NCBI GenBank assembly: GCA_964016885.1
Contig: OZ024743.1
Location: 249,984,001 to 250,048,000 of the forward strand
Direction of reading: 5' to 3'
Source of the DNA: Eledone cirrhosa
Lineage: Eukaryota
Length of the DNA stretch: 64,000 bases
In this document: positions 53,830 to 64,000 of the stretch, piece by piece
Numbering within the stretch: position 1 is the first letter of the stretch
Layout: each line of letters starts with the position of its first letter
Translations under genes and position numbers: made by a program
The notes under the pieces: generated by a model
Databases searched by the model: none
Told to the model about the DNA's origin: nothing
The model's input: the letters and a program-made list of their open reading frames with translations, nothing else

Positions 53830-54330
53830 GTTTCATCACTGTCATTTGAATGGAGATCTTTTCATGTTTGCATGTGTTAGTTGAGTTCTCCCCACGACAG
53901 TATCTCTTCACTTGTCTCTTTCCTTTGACATCTTTATGGGGTTCAGCATTCTGAGACCTGCTTTTCACTACCCCTGTTAACATCTTTCTTGGTTGTCCTC
54001 TTCGGGGCTTTCCCCAGCCAGCAGCTGTTGACAATTCCTCACCCAACAACCAAATACATACCAGAACAATCCTACTCTTGCACATTACATCTGATTCTAT
54101 TTATACATAGTTTGTATCTCAATTCATCTGTGCTTCATCGTTTATGTTTTTAAGGTTATATATTGAGTAGAATGTTTGATGCATTTTTTTCTATTTGAAT
54201 GTTCTCTATATTCAGTATCCATGTTGCACTACCATGCAGCGATGCACTTCTTATGCAGACATTATACAATCTAGTCTTTACTTTCAGACAGAATCCCTTT
54301 ATTGCCAGAGATAGTAGCTTTCTAATAACT
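53830..54330 (-). mobile_element. Highly degraded RTE 3' fragment
   Basis: Remnants of LHGSxTW and GRPRK motifs and an RTE-like tail. Confidence 0.6.
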
Positions 54331-54399
54331 TAATTGCATACGCATATAAGTGTGTGTGTATGTATGAAAATATATAGATAAATACGCATATATGATCTC

Positions 54400-54450
<51 letters not shown>

Positions 54451-54563
54451 GCACACACACATGCATATATAGAGAGTGAGAGAGAGATGTTTATGTATAA
54501 CTCTCTATCTAGTTATATTATATATATTTGTGTGTATATATGTATAGTCATATATATATATAT

Positions 54564-54653
<90 letters not shown>

Positions 54654-55419
54654 ATGTATATATTTAGGGTGTCCTATAGTGTGAGCACTTCTAAACTATG
54701 TAAATCTTCATGATATTTGGTGAAATTATATGAAAATATTATGGTGGTATATAAACACATAAATCTTTCTTTTATGTTTATATTTACTGTATTATAATCG
54801 TCAACACAGCGTGTTTAATACCCAATATTACTTCCTTCTTTTATCAGATCGTTGATTCCAAGTTAATATTAACATATGATATGATATAATATATAAATAT
54901 ATATGTGTATATATGTATATGTATATATTGCTATCAATATTGCTTACATAAGATCTGAGCTGATATTAAAAGCTGCTGAGCAGAATGAAAGCTTGGAACA
55001 AATTCACACTATATTATTGCGACTTGGAAACGGAAATTTTTATAAAATATTTTCACTATTAAAATCATTGTTTTTTTATATATAAATATGTATCTGTGTG
55101 TGTGTGTATATATATGTATATGTGCATGGGTGTGAGCATATATATATATATATATATATGTGTGGTTATTGTTTGATTCTGTGCCGATAAAACAACAGAA
55201 ATTTATTTGTTATTGTTTTATGAACCCATAACTATTATATGTTTCAGATAAAAGGGTTTCATATTAACCCTTTTAAAACAGTATAAATAGTTAATATTCT
55301 TATTAATTTCTCTTATTTTGTTTATATTCTAACCATTATATGTGACTGTGTCTGTGGATGTTTAAATGTGGTGTACACACACACACATATATATGTGTAT
55401 ACATGCGTTTGCATATGTG

Positions 55420-55760
55420 TGTTAAAATACATGATCGACAAACCACAGTTGAGCTTTGAGGAAAGCTGGGTATATGAAGATTCAGATGTAATGTAAAGGA
55501 GAAAAGACTGTGCTGGTATGTGATGAACATAGATGATGATCGTTAGGTGAAGCAGTGCCATGAAATTCCAATGGGAGGAAGCTGCATTTGAGGGAGACTA
55601 AGGAAATCTTGGGCATAGGTTGTGAAAGCAGATCTCAAACCACTGAAGCTCATAGAGAAGATAATGAAGGACCACAATGAGTTGAAGGATGCTGTGCTGG
55701 AAAAGATTTGTTCAACCCACGCAGGCATGGAAAGGTGGATGTAAAACGATGATGATGATG
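55420..55760 (+). mobile_element. Degraded RTE 3' fragment
   Basis: Colinear with 53060-53370; ends ggatgtaaaacgatgatg. Confidence 0.7.
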
Positions 55761-56324
55761 TGTATGTTTGGGCCCCTCAATTGACAAGTTTTCTGGTTAT
55801 ACTGGAACAGTCTGCTCAGAAGTTTACAATGTAAATGGCTGAGCATTTCATAGACACATGTATCTTTAACATAGTTAACAGGAAGATTTATCATAATACA
55901 ATGACAAGGTAGACCTTTTTAATTACAGGTAGAATGCATTTTTGTCAATTGAGTGGACTGAAACAATGTGAAAGTGTCTTACTCACTGGGAATCAAACTC
56001 ATCAGCTGAACACTCTAACCACTAAGCCACACACCTTTACACCTACATATAATATATCATCATTGTTTAACCTGGTACAAATCTGAACCGCATCTCCTCT
56101 AGATTAATTCGATCCCCAATCAGTTGTACAATGACTGTTTCTGTAACTTACAAACCTGAACACCTCAAATCTTTGATCCTCTGTTGCATAACATACAAAA
56201 GCTTTTTATTTTCTGCTTCCCTCTTTGCAAAGTATATATATATATATATATGTGCAAATATATATATGTACACATAAATGTGTGTGTATATATATATGCA
56301 AATATATATATATGTACACATAAA

Positions 56325-56365
<41 letters not shown>

Positions 56366-56368
<3 letters not shown>

Positions 56369-56749
56369 CGATGACACACGACCGTGACCTCTGGCGTCAT
56401 GCAGTAATACAGAAGACCTGACTTCCCATGGGTACAAGTCAAAGCTGAAGCATATAGACAATATGCCCCACCCCCTCCCACTGCAAAGTGGTCATGGGGG
56501 TGCCACGGCAAAAAAGCACCCAGCCCACATTGTAAAGTGGACGTATAGGTGCCACGGGAAAAAAGCACCCAGCACTCACTGTAAATGAGGTTGGTGTTAG
56601 GAAGGGTATCCAGCTGTAGAAATCAAGCCAGAATCAATTCCCGTATGAGCAAGACAAGGTCAGCCGACCGGACACTGCCCACAACAGGACAACCCGTCTA
56701 ACCCATGCTAGCATGGAAGAACGGACGTAAGACGGTGGTGATGATGATG

Positions 56750-56751
<2 letters not shown>
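56366..56751 (+). mobile_element. RTE 3' end plus long UTR, same family as 50691-51513
   Basis: [15 protein letters not shown] followed by the same UTR layout. Confidence 0.85.
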
Positions 56752-56785
<34 letters not shown>

Positions 56786-56792
56786 GGAGAGA

Positions 56793-56865
<73 letters not shown>

Positions 56866-56869
<4 letters not shown>

Positions 56870-57000
56870 AAATGGCTTCTACAGGACTAGAACTGTTTCA
56901 TTCGAATAAAACAGTTCTAGTCCTGTAGAAGCCATTTCTATATTAAATACTCTGCTATGTATTGAGTACCTTACTTACTGTGGTTACCCCCATTGAACCC
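56866..57000. mobile_element. Short PLE-type fold-back hairpin plus tail
   Basis: aaatggcttctacaggactagaactgttt...aaacagttctagtcctgtagaagccattt. The tail contains gtattgagtac, as in the 309 family. Confidence 0.55.
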
Positions 57001-57074
<74 letters not shown>

Positions 57075-57649
57075 CATTTATGTGTACATATATATATTTA
57101 CATAGATAGATAGATGGATGTAGCACTCAATACTTCATTACTTTGAATTTCACACTCTCACACAATGTAAATATATGTGTGAGTTATCTATCAGACAATA
57201 TTAGAAATAATTGGTAAAAATGGTGCAGAATGTTATGTCCATAGGGCAATTGAAATGCCAAAACTCATTGGTTAAGGCTAGTCACATGATCGAATTTGCT
57301 GTAGATGGCTTCTATTTTTATGGTACTATAGTATAGAAGGAAGAAACTCAGTCCATATCTACTGCCGCTACTAGCAGTTACACTGTAAGGCTGCTTCTAA
57401 CTAAATAAAACTGATAGTTAGGGATTGTAACCTTAGTTTGGGTGATTGGAAAATTCCAGGAGTAATTTCCTTACGTTATGTTATGGCAATTGTATAATAT
57501 GGTCTGATTTTAAACACATTTACTAAATTTAAAGTGCACAAATAAAAGCAAATTTAACATTTTTCTAGCAGACAAACACCATTGATTTTCTTGTGCTCTG
57601 CTTACTATGAACTAAAATCATTCAATAGATATGTTATTGATTATTATTA

Positions 57650-57699
<50 letters not shown>

Positions 57700-58014
57700 G
57701 AAAGTTTAACATAACTCTGCCAGGCTTCAAGACACATCATAGGGGTATAAGTGAAACTGTAAATATTATACTCTAAATTTCCCATATTGTGTTGATTGCT
57801 CTGTACTCTTGTACACATACATCATAATTTTACATAAGAACATTTAAGTTATGTTCCAAACACCAGCTTAATAATGAGAAAGTTAGTGAAATCCCTCCAA
57901 ATGTTTGATTATTCTCAAAATGATTTTAAAATCATAAGCATCATCTTTCATTAGAAATATAGAAATGAGTGTGTTTAAGTATTTCTATTTATCTAAAATG
58001 TTTCCATTATAATA

Positions 58015-59145
58015 TTGGGTTGGGCAGAAAGTTCTTGCCATTTTTGAACAGGAGGTACTTTGGTAGAGTTTTCTGGAAATGTTGAAGGTTGTGCATGTGC
58101 ACATATATAAGAAGTGATGCTGGTATGCACTATGTGCATTTCTTATTTTCTCTTACGCCATCAAAGGGGAAGCAACATGGATCTATCCAAATCATTTATT
58201 CGTGGCTGATTACTTTATGACTTCAAAGTGCAACAACATCGATTTGTCACATTAACAATGCATTTGGCTCATACACCATATCTGAATGCAGTGCCAGGGA
58301 CTGGGTTGCATGCTTCCATTCTGATGATTACATCCGATTTCAATGACGAGCAACTTTGTGAGACATCACATCAACTCAACCGATGCCAGACATCACATCA
58401 ACTCTCCAAAGCATTTAGGGCATTGAAAAAAACCATCTTCAATCGCCTGCATACAATAGTTAAGGTGTCAAAGCTGGACTAATGGGTACCTCACAATCTG
58501 ATTGACTGTAATGGTGAATGTCAGAGGGCAGTTGCGACTTCCCTGCTCTTTTGCTATCGCACAACCAACTGGTTATGTTTCACTGTCACTAGTGATGAAA
58601 AATGGTAGAGAGTGCACCACAATGGCAAGCAAAGACTGGCCTCAACCTTCACATGGCCTGGTAGGACTGGAAAGATGTCATTTACTATAAGCTGATCCCA
58701 CCAAATACCAGCATAAACTCTGCCAACACCTTGACAAATCAGCAGTGAAAGTTACACAGGTGCTTCCACACTATGGTCTTTCATAATAATGCTTGGCCAC
58801 ATACATCAAGGATGACCTGTGAGAAGCTGCTGGAGCTTTGTTGGGAGGTTCTACCCGACCCACTGTAATTGTCCAACTTCATGCCTACTGACTATCACCT
58901 TTTTATCTCAATAAGCAATGAGTCATAGACCTTCAACAATGAAAATCAGTGAAATCGGTTGCTGATGGAATTCTTTGCATTGAAACCAAAATTCTACAGA
59001 GATGGTATCATGTGCCTTACTAAGTGATGGCAGACAGTAATCGCAAAAGATGGTGATTATTTTTACTTGTAAAATTTTCCTATGTTAAAAAATGCCAAAG
59101 CCAATAAAAATTTGAAAAACGATGAGAACTTTCTGTCTAACCTAA
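58015..59145 (+). mobile_element. Decayed mariner DNA transposon inserted in a MITE
   Basis: TA|ttgggttgggcagaaagttct ... agaactttctgtctaacctaa|TA. Transposase remnants WVPHNL, VTSDEKW, HNNAWPH and PTDYHLF. Confidence 0.88.
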
Positions 59146-59768
59146 TACTATGTAAGAACCCTTGTTAAGTTATGTTCCAGACAACAGCTTAATAATGAGA
59201 AAATTATTACTACATCCCTCCAAATTCTTCATTATTTTCAAAATCATTTGAAAATCAATGTCAGTGTCTTTTCATTATATATATATGGTATGAAAAGGGT
59301 GAAAGATTCTCTGAGGAGTAGTTGTTGTGAATCAATCATAATTTGGCTCGTTAGATTCAGATTTATTTTCCTAACATCTGATGTTGCCTTATTGGATACA
59401 TCCAATGTATTTAATAAAATTGAAATTTTCACTCAAGGATGTAAGTGCGTAATTTCATAATCACATACATTTGTATGTTCTAAATTTCTAAATTCAATTA
59501 TTTATTATGTGTTATCATATAAACACATATTACAACAAAGATATATCTATAATATAAAATCAATTTTTCTATTTATTATCTACATGAATACAACCAGCAT
59601 TTATGCACAGAGTACAATCTAGCTGATGGCTTTCAGGAAATTTCATAGTGACCAACTTAAAGCAATTATTAACAATACGCCATAAGCTTACTTGGCTCTT
59701 GTCTAACATACTTCTAATATATTTTCAAAATGATATCTCCTTCTTCCACCCATCTCTCCCTTTCTCTC

Positions 59769-59819
<51 letters not shown>

Positions 59820-60585
59820 CTCAGAATTTATCATTCAATCTCCAGGTCATCTCACTCTCTCTCTCTCTCTGCATATACATTTATCACATTCTCACCACCC
59901 TTTTCTGTATTTACCAGTTTATCTCTATATAAACATAGTATATAGAAGCGTGACTGAATGATTAAGGAGTTCACTTGGCAATAAAAAGGTTCTGGGTTCG
60001 ATCCCACTGCATGGAAACTTAAGTAAGTGTCTTTACCGTAACTTCAAGTTGAACAATGCACTGTGGCTCAAATTTGGTAGATAGAAACTGTGTAAAAGAC
60101 TGTGATATGTGTGTTTGTGTGCATATGTGTGTGTATGTCTGTCTGTATTTGTTTATGTTCTGTAACTTAGTAGTTCGACAAAAAGAAATTGATATAATAT
60201 GAACCAGACTAAAAAAAAAAAAGTAAGTACTAGCATTGATAATATCAACTAAACTCCTTTAACCCTTTCATAACCACCTTTCTAATGAAATACACTCTAT
60301 TTCAATTAATTAATGAAGAATTTTGAGGTATTTATTAAAATCACTAATTATTTCATTGCTAAGATAGTAACTTAATGTAAGGCACTTATATAAAATTATG
60401 TTGGAAGATTTAAATTTAAATTGGAAACATTTAAAATGGGTGACTTTATTTCTTAGAACCAGAGCTGGTTTTGGCCCAATTTGTAACAAAAGAGTTAAAG
60501 AGTGTCTCAGCATGGCTGCAATATAATGACTGAAACCAGTTAAAGAAAGAATAAAAGACTATATACATATGTATAAGGTGTGTGG

Positions 60586-60617
<32 letters not shown>

Positions 60618-61528
60618 GCGTGTGTGTGTGTGTACAAATATATATTTACATACACATAAATAAATGCATACATACATATATATATATACTTATATACATA
60701 CACATATACATACATATATATATACCCACACATATACATATGTGTGTGTGTGTGTGTGTGTGTGTAAGTGTGTGTGTCACAGAATACAACAGACGGGACT
60801 GTCATGTTGTTGTCTTGGAGAGATAAGCATAAAACGAGTTGACTTGTCTAAGTGAAATAAATCTAATTTTGAAATAATTGTATTTATTTAATGATAGGGC
60901 TTTTCTACTTCATTAACAAGTTTAGTCTTGTCAAGTCCAGTTTTAATTTGTTGAAATTACTGTGTGTTAAGTTATATATGAGCAGTGGTAGCTGTGGGCC
61001 AATTTGTTCTGGTGAGTTCAATCAGTTTGCTCTGGTTAAGACATGCAACATTAAGCAAGACTATTTCTAGTATCAAGGAATTTGGTGTCAGATCGAACTT
61101 AAGTAAAAATAGTAATAATGTAGAGTACAGTACAGTAGAGTTTTGAAATAATCAGCTTGACCCTTTAGCTTTTAAACCAGCTGTATCTGGCCAGAATTCT
61201 CTCACTTCTCTCTGTTCATATTGGCCGTAACTTGCTATTCATACTGATGTTAAGGTATTGTTCTCAAAATATATAATATTAAAATCTCATAGAATCGATA
61301 TGATGTGAGGTAAAGCTTTTGTCACAAAAAGATAATAGTAAACATTGAGTAATGAAACTGTTAATGGTTAAGTTATTTTTAATTGTTAGAAATGGTGCAT
61401 GAGGGGAGAGAGAGGGAAAGAGGAGAGAATAAAGATAGGCAAAAATACAGTGTATGTGTGTGTATTTGAGGGAGAGTGAGGAGGAGGGAGAAAGAGGAGA
61501 GAATAAGAATAGAAATAAACAGTGTGAA

Positions 61529-61561
<33 letters not shown>

Positions 61562-61769
61562 GGGAGAGAGAAAGGAGAAAGAGTGAGAATTAGAGGAGTG
61601 GGAGAAAAAAAGGGTAGGATAAGGACAAAGAAACAATGTGAAGGTTGAGGATAATTTAGTGAGATTTAACAAATAAGAGTGAGCAGTGACACACAGACAA
61701 GCAGACAGGCACAATTATTGATAAATCGATAAATTATACAACAATAATGTAAAACACAACTATATATAT

Positions 61770-62221
61770 ATATCATCATCATCATCATCATCATTGTTTA
61801 ATGTCCATCTTCCACGCTGGCATGAGTTGGACGGTTTTGTTCCATTTGATGCAGGAAAGGTCGGGAGACCATGTCTCACTCCCACAGAAGCATCTCTGGT
61901 AAGTTTTTTACAACTCGATGCCCTTCCTAACACCAACCACATTTACAGTGTGGACTGGGAGCCCTTCACCGTGTCTTCTACACGACCACCTTACAGTGTG
62001 GACTGTTGTGTCATCGACACAGTGGACAGAACGGAAATGGGAGGATGGGGTAGGGTGTACATTAGGTTAAGAGGTGCCTACTGACTGTAGGTTTGTATGC
62101 AAGGGAAGGCAGGTTCTTCTGTACAAATTAATGGCGCCAAAGATCTCGATCCAGTGACATTGTCTTAGAGAGGTGTAAGTGAGCAACGTCAGTTTTTATC
62201 ACCTTGTCCCAGGTTTTTCTT
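61770..62221 (-). mobile_element. RTE 3' fragment of a further family, with a SINE-like domain in its UTR
   Basis: RKTWDKVIKTD...DRDLWRH, then a UTR with gttaggaagggcatcgag and an (ATG)n tail. Confidence 0.75.
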
Positions 62222-62698
62222 ATGTGTGTGTATATATATACATATACATATTCATACTCATATATAATTGTCATTAGCACTAAAACAGCACTTAAGAATA
62301 ATAGAGGTATATATATATAAACATATATAATAAGTTTATATACAATAAACATATGGGTTGCTTCATTGCCGAAGAAAAATATTTTTTCATAACAAAACGA
62401 AAATGAAATGAAATGAAAAAAATGTTATTTTCTTCCATTTTACATTATGAATATATCATGGAGTTGGCAACTCTATGATATATTCATAGCAAAACTACCC
62501 ATATTGTATATAAATTCATTGTATATGTTTATATATGTCTTCATATACACTTCTAATATATATATATGTATGAGCAAGACAAGGTCACTTGACCTGAAAT
62601 TGCTCACAACAGGACATCTCTTCCACCCCATGCTAGTATGGAAAAATGGACATTAAACGATGATGATGATGATGTTGATGACAATGACGACGATGATA

Positions 62699-62768
<70 letters not shown>

Positions 62769-62817
62769 TAATGACAGAGAGAATTGGTGTAGATTACATT
62801 GGGTAGTGCTAAAAATA

Positions 62818-63010
62818 TAATTGTTTCTACTATTGGCATAAGGCCAGCAATTACCCAGTAGATTACTGGTACTTTATTTTATCGACCCCGTAAGGATGAA
62901 AGGCAAAGTTAACGTCGGCAGGATTTGAACTCAGAATGGCAAGGGCCGTAACTCTATGTGTCAAAGCATGGCGTCTGACCCTCTACCGATACTGTCAATT
63001 CACCGCCCTT
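62818..63010 (-). mobile_element. SINE S2
   Basis: Close match to 15345-15536. Confidence 0.85.
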
Positions 63011-63016
63011 TTCCCC

Positions 63017-63055
<39 letters not shown>

Positions 63056-63179
63056 ATGACAGAGAGAATTGGTGTAGATTACATTGGGTAGTGCTAAAGA
63101 TATAATGCCAGAACATGTATATAATTTTGTGAAATTCCAGAACACCAGATCTCTCCTTGGATTCTTTTCAGTACATTAA

Positions 63180-64000
63180 TAACACCAACACTGCCATCTA
63201 ACACCAACATCACCAATACCAACACCACCAACACCAACACCGACACTAACACCAACACTGCCACCCAACACCAACATCACCAACATCACCAATACCAACA
63301 CTACCACCCGCCACCAATACCACCACCACACAACATGAAGAATGCCAACACTGATACTGCTACCACCACCACCACAAACCACCTAACACCATCAACACTG
63401 CTACCCAACATCAACACTAATGCACCAACACTGCCACCCACCCCCACCACCATCACCATCACCATCATCGCAAACCACCTAACACCATCAACACTGCTAC
63501 CCCCCCACACACACACTGCCCCCCCACACACCACCATCACCATCATCACAAACCACCTAACACCATCAATGCTGCTACCCAACACCAACACCAATGCCCC
63601 CAATACTGCCCCCTCCCTCATCACCATCATCACAAACCACCTAACACCATCAACCCTGCACTACCCAACACCAACACCACCATCACCAACACAGATACTA
63701 CCATTCCACACCATCACCACCAACCACCAAACAGCAGCACTAATCTATGTGACTTCCATAACCAAATATATATATATGACATTGTTCAGGATAAGTTGTC
63801 TTTCTTGTCTTTATCAGCTACAATCTGGAAGCTTCTGTTTGTTTTCACCACCATCATTACTATCACTACCATTACAACAAACATCACCACTATCACAATT
63901 ACAACCACTATCATCAACACCACTATCACCTCCTCCACCTCCACCATCACTACCAACACCACCTCCACCACTACTGCTACCAACACCACCACCATCACCA
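63180..64000. repeat. CAC/ACC-rich low-complexity region with irregular subrepeats
   Basis: The motif caaaccacctaacaccatcaa occurs four times. Confidence 0.7.

Noticed and set aside
54951-55030. Protein-like stretch SELILKAAEQNESLEQIHTILLRLG as a possible exon
   Set aside because: No convincing donor site and no recognisable homology.

Overview
This is AT-rich eukaryotic DNA dense in (TA)n, (CA)n and (GA)n microsatellites. The repeat spectrum (tRNA-derived SINEs with RTE tails, RTE LINEs, Penelope-like elements in TA repeats) suggests an octopus or other coleoid cephalopod intron or intergenic region (inference). Almost all ORF-track entries are microsatellite translations. Real coding remnants are transposon fragments: two Penelope-like (PLE) pieces (GIY-YIG at 5114-5626; RT+GIY-YIG at 37737-39568), several RTE fragments, one R4/RLE-type and one CR1-like LINE, a mariner and a Tc1/maT relic. 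There is also a non-coding Helitron-like element and three tentative host exons. The main signal is a hammerhead-ribozyme (HHR) system. An apparently young array of 592-bp units at 15722-18431 has about 1.7 units on the minus strand and 2.8 on the plus strand. Each unit carries a type I HHR with a compensatory U3-A8 core and a branched stem II. This fits a retrozyme-like circular RNA copied by rolling-circle reverse transcription from both (TA)n ends. A second, unrelated ~430-nt circularly permuted HHR unit lies at 4036-4747. About a dozen further HHR motifs occur in the window, most in inverted insertions with the same outward-facing polarity. All alignments and folds were made by eye; no searches were run.
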